Source: Gemmatimonadota bacterium (GTDB lineage Bacteria; Gemmatimonadota; Gemmatimonadetes; Gemmatimonadales; GWC2-71-9). Taken from it: DNA of 64,000 nt. The stretch lies in contig PNAE01000004.1 of the NCBI GenBank assembly GCA_003169895.1, forward strand, positions 297,186 to 361,185, given 5' to 3'. This document shows positions 28,727-39,897 of the stretch, piece after piece (position 1 is the first letter of the stretch; each line of letters opens with the position of its first letter). The notes under the pieces were generated by a model that saw only the letters and a list, made by a program, of their open reading frames with translations, had not been told where the DNA came from and did not search any database. The translations under genes and the position numbers were made by a program.

Positions 28727-29285
28727 AGCCGCGCTGTTCGCGGCCAATCGCCCCGTCACGGTCGACGAGCTCGAAGAGCTCGACCCCGACGCCGGTGGCG
28801 CCGATGTGCGCACCGCGCTCGACCAGCTGCGGGAGCACTACGACTTCGACGGCCATGCGGTCGAGATCGTCGAACTGGCCGGGGGATACCAGATCCTCAC
28901 CCGTCCGGCGTTCGCGGCGGCCGTCGAGCGCGCCCAGGCGATGCAGCGTCAGCCCAGGCTGTCGGCGGCGACGCTCGAAACGCTCGCCACGATCGCGTAC
29001 CGGCAGCCGGTGGGCCGGGCAGAGATCGAGGAGATCCGCGGCGTCAATTCCGGCGGCGTGCTGCGCACGCTGCAGGAGCGCGGCCTGATCGAGGTGGTCG
29101 GTCGCGGCGAAAGCCTCGGTCGACCGCTACTCTATGGCACGACGGCGCTGTTCCTCGAAACGCTCGGCCTCAACGATCTTGCCGATCTGCCGCGGTCCGA
29201 GGAACTCACCATCGCACTGCAGCCGCATCGCGTCGTGGCCGATACCGGCGACGACACGGCCCTCGCGTCGGTGGAAGAGGGCTGA
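28692..29285 (+). CDS. scpB: segregation and condensation protein B
   Basis: LLEAALFAANRPVTVDEL... and ETLATIAYRQPVGRAEIEEIRGV. GTG 28692 was chosen because the longer ORF N-terminus is out of character. Confidence 0.85.
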   Translation: MSSLSPLSQLLEAALFAANRPVTVDELEELDPDAGGADVRTALDQLREHYDFDGHAVEIVELAGGYQILTRPAFAAAVERAQAMQRQPRLSAATLETLATIAYRQPVGRAEIEEIRGVNSGGVLRTLQERGLIEVVGRGESLGRPLLYGTTALFLETLGLNDLADLPRSEELTIALQPHRVVADTGDDTALASVEEG

Positions 29286-30015
29286 TGCCGCCCATGCGCC
29301 TGCAGCGCTTCCTGGCCCGTGCCGGCGTCGCCTCCCGGCGCCAGGCGGAGGTGCTGATCACATCGGGGAAGGTCAAGGTCGACGGTGCACTGGCCGAGCT
29401 TGGCATGTCGGTTGATCCCGCCAAGTCCCGCGTTACCGTCGGTCGCACGGTGGTGCGTCTTGCGACCCGACGCTGGCTCGCGTTCCACAAGCCGCTCGGG
29501 ATCGTGACGACCGCGAACGACGAGGCTGGTCGTCGCACCGTGTTCGACTTCATCGACGAGGTAACGGGACTCACCTACGTCGGCCGGCTCGACGTGGCCA
29601 CAACGGGATTGCTGTTGCTCACCACCGACGGTGAGGCGGTCCATCGCCTCACCCATCCCAAGTATCACATCCCGCGGCGGTACATCGCCCTGGTGCACGG
29701 TGTGTCCACCGCTGAACTCGCCGTGAGAGCCGCCGGGCAGGTCAAGGTGGACGAGCGCCCGGTCGTTCCCACCCGGGTGCAGGTCAAACCCGGTCGGGAA
29801 GGCCGCAGCATTCTGGAAGTGACCTTGGTCGAGGGCCGCAATCGCATCGTGCGGCGATGGGTCGAGGCCATGGGTGCCAAGGTCGAGCGCCTCGCGCGAA
29901 TCTCCTACGGCCCGGTGCGGCTCGGAGACTTGCGTCCGGGCGAATGGCGCCCGCTGACACCGGCGGAAGAGCGCGCCATCTATCACGCCATCGGCATGAA
30001 GCCTGGGGAGGCCGC

Positions 30016-30019
<4 letters not shown>
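29285..30019 (+). CDS. pseudouridine synthase, RsuA/RluB/RluE/RluF family
   Basis: S4 domain MRLQRFLARAGVASRRQAEVLI. Catalytic motif GRLDVATTGLLLLTTDG. Confidence 0.85.
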
Positions 30020-30966
<947 letters not shown>

Positions 30967-30967
30967 C

Positions 30968-31849
30968 GTGCCAGTCCGTCTTCCACCCGCGCTGCTGAAG
31001 CAGGTTCGCACGCTCGCACTTCGCGGGCGGCGGGCCACCGATACTCTGCTCGGCGGTGAGATCCGCTCGGTCTTTCGCGGGACCGGCATGGAGTTCACCG
31101 ACGTGCGTCCGTATACCGAAGGCGATGACCTGCGCCATCTCGACTGGAACCTCCTGGCACGCACCGGTCACCCTTATATCAAGCTGTACACCGAGACGCG
31201 CGAACTCACGCTGCTGCTCATGGTCGACCGCTCGCGGTCGACCGCCGTCGGTGATCCCGAACCCAAATCGGCGCGCGCGGTCGAGGTCGCCGCATTGCTG
31301 GCGCTCGTGGCGGCACAGCAACAGGATCGCGTCGGCTTGCTCGCTTTCGCCGACCGGGTCGGACCGGTGATTCCCCCCGGCCGCGGTCAGCGTCATGTGT
31401 TCGGCCTGGTGCAGGCGCTGTTCGCCCTCGAGCCGGCCGGCCCAGCCACGGATCTTGCCGGTGCACTGCGGACCGCCGGTGCCATGCTGAAGCGACGCGC
31501 ACTCGTCGTCGTGCTGTCGGATTTCCTCGCCCAAGGATGGGAAGTTCCGCTCAAGGGACTCGCGGCCAGACATGAGGTCACCGCCATCGCGCTGGAGGAT
31601 CGCCGTGACAGCGCGCTGCCCGATGGCGGCTGGGTTACGCTCGCGGGGGCAGAGCAGGGCGGCACCGTGCTGTTCGATAGCGGCGACGTACTGGCCCGTC
31701 GACGGGCCGAAGCGGCGGCGAAGCGCATGCGCTACCAGCGCGACGCCGCGTTCGCCGCCGCCGGTGTGCGCGGGGTCGTCGTTCGGACCGAGGGCGACTA
31801 CATGACGGCGCTGCGCGCGGCGTTCGGACGCACCAGCAGGCGGCGGTGA
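30968..31849 (+). CDS. DUF58 domain-containing protein (MoxR-associated, VWA-like)
   Basis: EFTDVRPYTEGDDLRHLDWN motif. Canonical partner of MoxR in Bat operons. Confidence 0.85.
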   Translation: MPVRLPPALLKQVRTLALRGRRATDTLLGGEIRSVFRGTGMEFTDVRPYTEGDDLRHLDWNLLARTGHPYIKLYTETRELTLLLMVDRSRSTAVGDPEPKSARAVEVAALLALVAAQQQDRVGLLAFADRVGPVIPPGRGQRHVFGLVQALFALEPAGPATDLAGALRTAGAMLKRRALVVVLSDFLAQGWEVPLKGLAARHEVTAIALEDRRDSALPDGGWVTLAGAEQGGTVLFDSGDVLARRRAEAAAKRMRYQRDAAFAAAGVRGVVVRTEGDYMTALRAAFGRTSRRR

Positions 31850-32616
31850 TCCAGCAGCCCGTTCCAACCGTCGGTGACACGGTCACCATCGTGCGCTGGA
31901 TCGTGGCGCCAGCCGGCGCCGTGATTGAGGCGCGCCCGCCCACGGATTCCACCGTCGCCACGCTGGTGGCACCGCCGGTGATGACGCGCCAAGGCGACTC
32001 GGTGCGGATCGCCTACCCATTGGCGGTCTGGGCGGCGGGGCACAATGATCTCGTCCTCCCTGGGGCGATCGTCGTCGCGCTGAACGGGCGCGTCGATACG
32101 CTGCCTGACAACCATGTCGTCCTCAGTGTTGCGTCGGTGCTTCCCGTGGCGAAGGCGACTGCGGCGATCGCACCGAAGCCGGCACGCCCGTGGTTACCGC
32201 GGGCCTATCGGTCGGAGTTGCCGTTTGCCACGCTGCTACCGGTTGCGGTGCTGGTCATGGTCGGCCTGCAGTGGTGGTGGCGGCGCCGCGGACCCGCGCC
32301 GGCGCCGCGGGCGAGTGCCACCGCGCCGGCGGGGCTCACCGAAGCACGGGTGACCGCATGGCTTGCGGCCGGGGAATCCCGGTTGGCGCTGGATCACATT
32401 GACTGGCAGGTCCGCAATCGCGATGAGTTCGCTGACTGGTGCGCCCGCGCAGCGGCGGTGCGATTTTCGCCCGGCGGGGAACCGGTCGTGACGGCGTTGG
32501 TGTACGAAGGCTGGTCTCGACTCGCCGCGGTACGGCTCGCTCGATCTGACACCGCCGGCGAGGCGACCCCGCCCGTCACCTCGAGCGAGCCGCGCCGCGG
32601 CGAGGCGAGAGCATGA
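31846..32616 (+). CDS. hypothetical membrane protein, DUF4381-like with ~135-aa N-terminal extension
   Basis: Single TM LPFATLLPVAVLVMVGL followed by QWWWRRRG. It sits between DUF58 and batA, where DUF4381 normally sits. GTGA overlap. Confidence 0.5.
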   Translation: MIQQPVPTVGDTVTIVRWIVAPAGAVIEARPPTDSTVATLVAPPVMTRQGDSVRIAYPLAVWAAGHNDLVLPGAIVVALNGRVDTLPDNHVVLSVASVLPVAKATAAIAPKPARPWLPRAYRSELPFATLLPVAVLVMVGLQWWWRRRGPAPAPRASATAPAGLTEARVTAWLAAGESRLALDHIDWQVRNRDEFADWCARAAAVRFSPGGEPVVTALVYEGWSRLAAVRLARSDTAGEATPPVTSSEPRRGEARA

Positions 32617-33593
32617 TCGGATTCGCGCGGCCATGGTTGCTCGTCCTGCTGCTGCTGCTGCCGTGGTGGTGGTGGCGGCGCCGGCACCAGGACGCGGTGG
32701 CGGCGGTGGTGAGCGACACGTCGCCGTTTGTGGCGGCGACCCGCGGCCGCTGGCGGCTGCTCATCCCGCCGTTGCTCCGGTCATTGACACTGGTCGCGTT
32801 CCTCACCGCCGCCGCCGGCCCGTTCCGGCCAGGCGACCGGTTGGTGGTCTCAGCGAACGGCATCGCCATCGTGATTGCGATCGATGTGTCGACGTCGATG
32901 ATGGCGGAGGATCTCGGGTCGAGTAGCCGCATCGAGGTGGCGAAAACGGAAGCGATCGCGTTCGTGCGCGGCCGCAACGCCGATCGCATCGGCTTGGTCA
33001 CGTTCGCTGGTGAGGCCCTGACGCAGGTGCCGGTGACGCTCGACTATCCCGCGCTCATCGAAGGCATCCGCGCCGTCGACATCGGTGCGCTGGAGGATGG
33101 GACGGCGATCGGTTCCGGGCTCGCCATCGCCGTGGCGCGGTTGCGCAAGGTGCCGGGCGCGAGCAAGGTGGTCGTATTGCTCACCGACGGCGTGAACAAT
33201 CGCGGGCTGATCGACCCCCGCACCGCGGCAGAAACCGCGGCCGCGTTCGGCATCAAGGTATACACTGTCGGCATCGGGTCGCAGGGTGAGGCACGGGTCC
33301 CGACGCGGCGCGATGCAACCGGTGGCTACCACTACGAAAACATGCCGGTGGAAATCGACGAGGCGCTGCTGAAGGACATCGCGCAGCGGACCGGCGGTCA
33401 CTACTTCCGTGCTCGGGATTCGAAAGCTCTCGCCGTGATCTTCCACGAGGTCGACCAGCTCGCCCGCGCGCCGGTCGACGCCGTCCGCTATACCCGCCAA
33501 CAGGAGCGCACGTTGCCGTTCCTCGCCGCCGGGCTGCTGCTGCTGGCAGTCGAACTGATCGTGAGCACGAAGGCCGTGGTGCGGGTGCCATGA
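32613..33593 (+). CDS. batA: VWA domain-containing protein BatA
   Basis: N-terminal TM region ending in WWWWRRRH. MIDAS motif IVIAIDVSTSM. C-terminal TM. ATGA overlap. Confidence 0.8.
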   Translation: MIGFARPWLLVLLLLLPWWWWRRRHQDAVAAVVSDTSPFVAATRGRWRLLIPPLLRSLTLVAFLTAAAGPFRPGDRLVVSANGIAIVIAIDVSTSMMAEDLGSSSRIEVAKTEAIAFVRGRNADRIGLVTFAGEALTQVPVTLDYPALIEGIRAVDIGALEDGTAIGSGLAIAVARLRKVPGASKVVVLLTDGVNNRGLIDPRTAAETAAAFGIKVYTVGIGSQGEARVPTRRDATGGYHYENMPVEIDEALLKDIAQRTGGHYFRARDSKALAVIFHEVDQLARAPVDAVRYTRQQERTLPFLAAGLLLLAVELIVSTKAVVRVP

Positions 33594-35188
33594 TCTTCGA
33601 ACGACCGCCGCTGCTGATCGCCGCACCGCTGGTTGCGGCGATGATTACTGCCCTGGCCCTCGTGGCCCGCCGGCGCCGCGAGCACGCTGCCGCCGCCTGG
33701 TCGCGCGCGCTGGGAGAGCGGGCGCGCGGGCTGGGACGGCGCTCGCCCTGGGTGCTGGCCGTCGTCGCATTGGCCGCGGGCATCGGTCTCGCGGGGCCGC
33801 GCTGGGGCAGTGCTGCACGCACGGCGGAATCGCGCGCGTTGAACATCGTCGTCGTGATGGACGTCTCGCGGTCGATGCTGGCGCAGGATATCGCGCCCAA
33901 CCGGCTGGGGCGTGCCGTGTCGTTGGCGCGCCGGCTGGTGCAGGATCTGGACGGCGACCGGTTCGCGCTGGTCGGCTTCGCCGGCCATGCCTATCTCCTC
34001 TCGCCGCTTACGCTCGATGAGAGCGCGATCACGCTGCAGCTCGACGCCGTCGATCCGGACATGGCCAGCGCCGGGGGTTCGGGGCTCGCCTCAGCGCTTG
34101 AGCTCGCGCGTCACGTGCTGGTGACGTCGCCGCAGGGTGGCGACCGCGCGGCGGTCGTGTTCACCGACGGTGAAGGCTTCGACGGACCGGGTCCCCTTGA
34201 GACGGCCGGGCGCGCGCTTCGACGCGCCGGGGTCACCGTGATCGCCGTGCCCGTCGGTGACGTGCGCGGTGCCCGTATTCCGGAGGGCAATGGCGACTGG
34301 CATCGCGACGCGAACGGCGACATCGTGATCACGACTCGTCGCGACGACCTCCTGCAAGCGATGACGCGGGCGGCCGATGGTGTCTTCATTTCCGCCGCTG
34401 CTCCCGATCCGGTGGGTGACGCGCGTCGCGCGCTGTCTCACTTGAGCCGGGCACGTACCGCCGACCGGGCCGCGGCCGACACGGTGCCGCGCGCGTGGCT
34501 GTTTGCCTTGGTGGCGGGCGTGCTGCTGCTGGCGCAGACGGTCACCCGGCGCAGCGCCGCACTCATCGCACTCGCGCTGGTGGTAGGAACTCGCGGCGCG
34601 GGAGCGCAGCGGCCCGCGCGGGGAAATCGACTGCTCGCGCGCGGCGACACGGCGCGAGCGCGCCAGGCCTTTGCGGCCGACGTGAAGTCGCAGCCGACCG
34701 ACACCGCGTGGTTCAACGCCGGGACGTCCGCCCTGGTTGCCGGCGATCTGGCGACTGCTGCCGAGGAACTGCAGCGCGCTGCCTCGAGCCTCGACCCCGG
34801 ATTGCGACAGCGTGCGCTGTACAACCTCGGCACGGCGTACCTGATGCAAGCGCGCCGTGACACGATGCAGCGCGACACGCTGCTGTCCGCGGCGTCGACC
34901 CGGCTGCAGCAGGCGTTGCTGCTGGCGCCCGACGATCGCAACGCGAAGTTCAACTTCGAACTCGCACGCCACCTCCGGCCGCCGCCAAAGGCGTCATCCG
35001 GCGGGGGCGCGAAGTCGAAGGCCCCTCCCAAGCCGGCACCGCCGCCGCCGACGGGTGCCAGCGCCGGCATGACCCCCGCCGAAGCCGATCAGGTGCTCAG
35101 CGCGATGGAGCGCGCGGAGCGCGAAACCCGCCAACGCCAGTATCAGCGCGTGCGGCGCGGCGAACCTCCGCCCGGTCCCGACTGGTGA
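33590..35188 (+). CDS. batB: VWA + TPR protein (BatB fused to BatC-like TPR/charged tail)
   Basis: MIDAS motif NIVVVMDVSRSM, TPR-like ARQAFAADVKSQPTDTAWFNAGTSAL..., and a Pro/Lys-rich tail with an acidic/basic helix. Confidence 0.72.
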   Translation: MIFERPPLLIAAPLVAAMITALALVARRRREHAAAAWSRALGERARGLGRRSPWVLAVVALAAGIGLAGPRWGSAARTAESRALNIVVVMDVSRSMLAQDIAPNRLGRAVSLARRLVQDLDGDRFALVGFAGHAYLLSPLTLDESAITLQLDAVDPDMASAGGSGLASALELARHVLVTSPQGGDRAAVVFTDGEGFDGPGPLETAGRALRRAGVTVIAVPVGDVRGARIPEGNGDWHRDANGDIVITTRRDDLLQAMTRAADGVFISAAAPDPVGDARRALSHLSRARTADRAAADTVPRAWLFALVAGVLLLAQTVTRRSAALIALALVVGTRGAGAQRPARGNRLLARGDTARARQAFAADVKSQPTDTAWFNAGTSALVAGDLATAAEELQRAASSLDPGLRQRALYNLGTAYLMQARRDTMQRDTLLSAASTRLQQALLLAPDDRNAKFNFELARHLRPPPKASSGGGAKSKAPPKPAPPPPTGASAGMTPAEADQVLSAMERAERETRQRQYQRVRRGEPPPGPDW

Positions 35189-37152
35189 TCGCGCTCGCCC
35201 TATGGGCCGCGGTCATGGTCCAGGACACCAATACCGCACTTTCACCGCGCGTCCGCGCGATGATCGAACGCTTTCCGCTGCCGCGCGCAGGCGAACCGTC
35301 GATCACGATCCGGTTCTCGCGCGATACCGTCTGGGTCGGCGAGCAGGTCGAACTGGTCACCGCGGCCTGGTTTCCCCGCCAGCTGCGCGACCGGCTGCGA
35401 CGCCAGCCGACCATCAAGTCGCCATCGCTGAGTGGCTTGTGGAGCGCACGCAACCAGGGGCTGCCGGTACAGGCGGCGACCCGCATGGTCGGCCACCAGG
35501 CCTATGACCTGTACATCACCTACCAGACGATCTTCCCGCTCGGCGCCGGCCGCGTCGAGGCGCCGCCCGCCGTGCTCAGCTACGGTGTGCCGACGTCGAC
35601 ATCATATTTTGCCCCGGAAGACCGCAAGACATTCGTGTCGGACTCCGCCACGCTGACGGTTCGTGGTGTGCCGTCCGGGATCAGCGCCGCACTTGGTACC
35701 GGGCCGACGGCGCGCGACCTGCGGCTGTCGTGGCGAACACCCGCGGCCGGGCTCCGCGTCGGGTCACCGGCTATTGTCGAACTGGCCATCTCGGGTACGG
35801 GCAACCTGACACTCTGGCCGACAGCGCAGATCACCTGGCCGCGTCAGGTACGCGTCTACCCCGAGCCGACCGAAGAGCACGCTGCCCCGGTTCAGGCCTT
35901 GATCGCCGGCGAGAAGCGGTTCCGGTTCACCGTCGTCGCTGACAGCGCGGGCGTACTCACACTGCCGGCAGTGACATATCCGTATTTCGATCCGGTTGCC
36001 GTTCAGGTTCGGCTCGCGGTCGCCGCCGGCTTCTCGCTCCCCATCCTGCCGCGGCCGGCGGGTCCGGTTGATCGCACGCCGCCAATGATCGCCGGCGGCA
36101 CCGGCGTTCCGGTGAGCACCCGTGTCATCCGGTCAGCGTGGCCGGCGCTGATTGCGTTGGCGTTGCTGCCACCGATCCTGTTCGGTTGGCGCAGGCGCCG
36201 CCGGGTGAACATGGCGCCCACGCCGGTCGAGTTGGATCCGGAACGCGCGCTGCGCTTCGCGCTCGGTGCACCGCTGGAAGCCGGACCGGATCACGTCGTT
36301 GCCGCATTACGACTGCGCGGCATTCCCCGGGACGAGGCCGAGCACATCCACCGCTGGCTGAATGCCACGGGCCGGCGGCGCTACGGACCCAACCAGGCAC
36401 CGGCTCCCGACCCGCCGCCAGCCGTCGTCAAGGTGCTCGCCAGGCTTCGCCATGGTGCGACATTCCTGCTGCTCGTTGGTGCCGTGGCGCTTCACGCGCG
36501 GCAGGACGACGGCGTATCGCGGTACAACGGCGGCGATTACGCCGGGGCTGCTCGCGCGTTCGATGCGGTGACGCGTCACGAGCCCGATGCCGCCCGCGCC
36601 TGGCTGGACCTCGGTGCGGCGCGATGGATGCAGGGTGACGACGTCGGCGCGACCGCCGCATGGCTCCGGGGGCTGAAGCTGGCACCGCGCGATCCATTGC
36701 TCCGCGTCGCCTGGGCGGCGGCGACCACCACCCCAGCCGATATCCGCGCTTTGGCGCCGGCGATCCCCGTGAGCCTGGATGAGTTGTTGGTCGCGGCATT
36801 GCTGCTCTGGCTCGCACTCTGGGTGGCGGTAGCCCAGCGCTGGCGTCGCGCCGGCTGGTCCATCGGCGTCCTGCTCGTGGCGGTATCAGCGCTGACGCTG
36901 GCGCGTTCGCGCGCCACGCCGGCCGGCCACGCGCTCGTCACCGCGACCACGGCGATGCGTATCTCACCGCACCCCGCGATGGAGTCGGTGGGCGAAGTCG
37001 CTGCTTGGTCCCAGGTGCAGATCGACCGTCGTGACAGGGATTGGGTTCTGGTCACTGCACCGCAGCCACCGCTTGTGGGTTCGATCGGTTCGGTCTCGCT
37101 CCAAGGATGGATCCCGGTGACGTCCGTCGCGGAGCTCGGTCCACGGCGCTAG
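35185..37152 (+). CDS. batD: BatD-like protein fused to TPR and SH3b-like C-terminus (BatD/BatE fusion)
   Basis: Size and position after batB. Mid TM helix followed by RRRRR. TPR segment YNGGDYAGAARAFDAVTRHEPDAARAWLDLGAARW. Terminal segment WSQVQIDRRDRDWVLV...GWIPVTSV is SH3-like. Confidence 0.65.
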   Translation: MIALALWAAVMVQDTNTALSPRVRAMIERFPLPRAGEPSITIRFSRDTVWVGEQVELVTAAWFPRQLRDRLRRQPTIKSPSLSGLWSARNQGLPVQAATRMVGHQAYDLYITYQTIFPLGAGRVEAPPAVLSYGVPTSTSYFAPEDRKTFVSDSATLTVRGVPSGISAALGTGPTARDLRLSWRTPAAGLRVGSPAIVELAISGTGNLTLWPTAQITWPRQVRVYPEPTEEHAAPVQALIAGEKRFRFTVVADSAGVLTLPAVTYPYFDPVAVQVRLAVAAGFSLPILPRPAGPVDRTPPMIAGGTGVPVSTRVIRSAWPALIALALLPPILFGWRRRRRVNMAPTPVELDPERALRFALGAPLEAGPDHVVAALRLRGIPRDEAEHIHRWLNATGRRRYGPNQAPAPDPPPAVVKVLARLRHGATFLLLVGAVALHARQDDGVSRYNGGDYAGAARAFDAVTRHEPDAARAWLDLGAARWMQGDDVGATAAWLRGLKLAPRDPLLRVAWAAATTTPADIRALAPAIPVSLDELLVAALLLWLALWVAVAQRWRRAGWSIGVLLVAVSALTLARSRATPAGHALVTATTAMRISPHPAMESVGEVAAWSQVQIDRRDRDWVLVTAPQPPLVGSIGSVSLQGWIPVTSVAELGPRR

Positions 37153-37247
37153 CCGGGAATGCTGGCCAGACCGATGCACGCGCCGCGTGGGAAGGTGGGA
37201 AGCCCGGTGGCGGGCGCGCTGCCGATCGGGTCCGCTAGATTGCCGCC

Positions 37248-38984
37248 ATGCCCGCTGGCACGCTCCGCCGCATTGCGATTCTACCGGATGCCGTCGCAAA
37301 CCAGATCGCGGCCGGCGAGGTGGTCGAACGCCCTGCCTCCGTCGTCAAGGAGCTGATCGAGAACGCCCTCGACGCCGGCGCGCGTCAAGTGCGCGTGGCG
37401 GTCGAGAACGGCGGCAAGACGCTGATCGAGGTCGCCGATGATGGCTCCGGGATGACCGCCGACGAGGCCGTCCTCGCGCTCGACCGCCATGCGACCAGCA
37501 AGATCCACGCAATTGGTGACCTGGTTGGCATCGCCACGTTCGGTTTTCGTGGTGAAGCGCTGCCAGCCATCGCATCGGTGTCCCGCCTGACGCTGGGTTC
37601 CGCGGCTCGCGATGGCGACGGGACCGAGGTCGGCGTGACGGGCGGCCGGGTCGACCAGGTGCGTGACATGGCGCGACAGCGCGGCACGACCGTGACCGCG
37701 CGGGCGCTGTTCTTCAACACACCAGCACGCCGCAAGTTTCTCCGCTCTGCGGCCAGCGAGTCCCGCGCCATCTGGGATGTCACCGCAACGCTCGCACTGT
37801 CGCATCCCGGCATCGGATTCGAGCTGACGCTGGACGGGCGCCCGCGCCTCGTGGTCCCGCCGGACCAGCAGCCCGACGAACGACTTGCCGCGGTGTGGGG
37901 CGGCGACGTCGTGCGAACCCTGATCCCGGTCGACTACGCCATCGGTGGCGTACGGATCACCGGCTTTGCCCAGCGTCCCGCTGACGCGCAGCCCACCGGG
38001 CGGCGTGCCCAGCTGTTCATCAATGGGCGCCCGTTCCGGGATTCCTTTCTGGTGCGTGCCGCCGAAGCCGGATACCGGTCGGCGATCCATCCCGGCGATC
38101 GGCCGTCCCTCTACCTCGACGTGGCGGTCGATCCCGGTGACGTCGATGTGAACGTGCATCCGGCCAAGCTCGAAGTCCGCTTCCGCGACCGGTTCGCGGT
38201 GGAGCGCGCCGTCGAGGAAGCCATCCGGAACGCGCTCGGCCGCCTCGATGCCGCCGCAGTGCTCGGCGACATGCCGCTCACCGCGCCACGTCCACTGTGG
38301 CACGCGGTCGAACCCGGGCCCGCCGTTCCACCCACCGACCTGTTCTCTCCACTGACGGCGGACGACCGATTGGCCGAGCCGGACGATCCGGCTCGCGACA
38401 TGCCTCAGCAGTTCACTCGCCCCGCGTTGCTGCAGCTCGCCGACACCTACGTCTGCTACGAGTCCGTCGATGGCCTGGTGATCGTCGACCAGCATTCCGC
38501 GCATGAACGGGTGATCTACGAGGACGTGATCCGCCAGCTGCGCGGAGACGGACTCCCGGCCCAGCGGCTGCTCCTGCCAATCACCGTGGAGCTCAACGAC
38601 GAAGAGCTGGATGTCGTCGCCACGCATGCCGAGGAGCTGCGGCGCGTGGGGTTCGAGATCGAGCCGTTCGGCGGGCGCGCCGTGGCGATGCATGGTGTGC
38701 CGAACCCGCACCCGCGCTTCGATGCCGCAGCCTGCTTCCGCGAACTGGTCGCCGACCTCGCCCGCGGGCGATTCGGCGGTTGGGCCAACCGGCTCGAGCG
38801 GTTCGCGGCCACCTTTGCCTGTCGTGCCGCCGTGAAGGCCGGGCAGTCGCTCGACGAGCGCAGCATGCGCGAGTTGCTGCTGCGGCTGTTCGCCTGCGAG
38901 CTTCCGCCGCACGACGTGCATGGCCGTTCGACGATCGTGCAACTGCCGCGCGACGAACTGGAGCGCCGGTTTGGCCGACGCTAG
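37248..38984 (+). CDS. mutL: DNA mismatch repair protein MutL
   Basis: IAAGEVVERPASVVKELIENALDAGA, DDGSGM and GFRGEALPAIASVS. C-terminal dimerisation domain. Confidence 0.92.
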   Translation: MPAGTLRRIAILPDAVANQIAAGEVVERPASVVKELIENALDAGARQVRVAVENGGKTLIEVADDGSGMTADEAVLALDRHATSKIHAIGDLVGIATFGFRGEALPAIASVSRLTLGSAARDGDGTEVGVTGGRVDQVRDMARQRGTTVTARALFFNTPARRKFLRSAASESRAIWDVTATLALSHPGIGFELTLDGRPRLVVPPDQQPDERLAAVWGGDVVRTLIPVDYAIGGVRITGFAQRPADAQPTGRRAQLFINGRPFRDSFLVRAAEAGYRSAIHPGDRPSLYLDVAVDPGDVDVNVHPAKLEVRFRDRFAVERAVEEAIRNALGRLDAAAVLGDMPLTAPRPLWHAVEPGPAVPPTDLFSPLTADDRLAEPDDPARDMPQQFTRPALLQLADTYVCYESVDGLVIVDQHSAHERVIYEDVIRQLRGDGLPAQRLLLPITVELNDEELDVVATHAEELRRVGFEIEPFGGRAVAMHGVPNPHPRFDAAACFRELVADLARGRFGGWANRLERFAATFACRAAVKAGQSLDERSMRELLLRLFACELPPHDVHGRSTIVQLPRDELERRFGRR

Positions 38985-39897
38985 GACGCCGATCATCGTT
39001 GGACCCACGGGCATTGGGAAGACCGCCGTCGCGCTCGCGCTGGCGGCGTTCTGGCCGATCGAAGTCGTGTCGGCGGACTCGCGTCAGGTCTATCGCGGGC
39101 TCGACATCGCCACGGCGAAGCCGGCGCCCCGCGAGCGGCAGCGGGTCCGGCATCATCTCCTCGACGTGATCCGCCCGGGGGAGCGGTACAGCGCCGGCAG
39201 GTTCGCCCTCGAGGCCGCCGAGGCGATCGCATCGATCCGGCAGCGGGGCAAGATGCCGGTGGTCGTCGGCGGCACCGGGCTCTACGTGAAGGCACTGGCG
39301 AACGGGTTGTTTGCCGAGCCGCCGCTGGATCGGCCGCGGCGCGACCGCATGACTGCTGTTACCGCGGGCATGGACCATCCGTTGCTGGTCCGCTGGGCGT
39401 CGCGTCTCGATCCCGGATTCACCGGTGGCGGTGGTCGGCACCGCGCCGCGCGAGCGATCGAGGTCGCCCTGTTGAGCGGACATCCACTATCGTGGTGGCA
39501 GCGGAGTGCGGCGTTGCAGGGTACGGTGCACGCCTGGATCGTTCGCCTCACGGCACCACGCCAGGTCCTGCACCAGCGCATTCAGGTGCGTACCGAGGAG
39601 ATGTTGCGGTGCGGCCTGATCGAGGAAGTCGCAACCGCGCTGGCAGAAGGCGCCCCGGCTGAGAGCCCCGGCATGGATGGCGTCGGTGTGCGCGAGGCGG
39701 TCGCCGTGCTGCACGGCAAGTTGTCGCGGGACGCCATCGCCGCAGCGATCGCGACGGGCACGCGGCAATACGCGAAGCGTCAGGAAACCTGGTTTCGTCA
39801 TCAACTCGGCAGCGACGTGATCACGCTCGACGCGACGCGTTCGCCAGAGCAGGTCGCCGCCGCCATTGTCGCCGCATGGGAGCGTGCTGTCACATGA
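38920..39897 (+). CDS. miaA: tRNA dimethylallyltransferase MiaA
   Basis: P-loop IIVGPTGIGKTAVAL and SADSRQVYRGLDIATAKP. The start is uncertain: ATG 38920 or TTG 38971, and both overlap the mutL end. Confidence 0.88.
   Translation: MAVRRSCNCRATNWSAGLADARTPIIVGPTGIGKTAVALALAAFWPIEVVSADSRQVYRGLDIATAKPAPRERQRVRHHLLDVIRPGERYSAGRFALEAAEAIASIRQRGKMPVVVGGTGLYVKALANGLFAEPPLDRPRRDRMTAVTAGMDHPLLVRWASRLDPGFTGGGGRHRAARAIEVALLSGHPLSWWQRSAALQGTVHAWIVRLTAPRQVLHQRIQVRTEEMLRCGLIEEVATALAEGAPAESPGMDGVGVREAVAVLHGKLSRDAIAAAIATGTRQYAKRQETWFRHQLGSDVITLDATRSPEQVAAAIVAAWERAVT

Noticed and set aside
32641-32680. A trinucleotide run (CTG)5 followed by (GTG/GGT)4 and GGC repeats at the batA 5' end.
   Set aside because: It encodes the hydrophobic/basic N-terminal signature LLLLLPWWWWRRRH typical of BatA-type membrane anchors. 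It is a coding consequence rather than an independent element.
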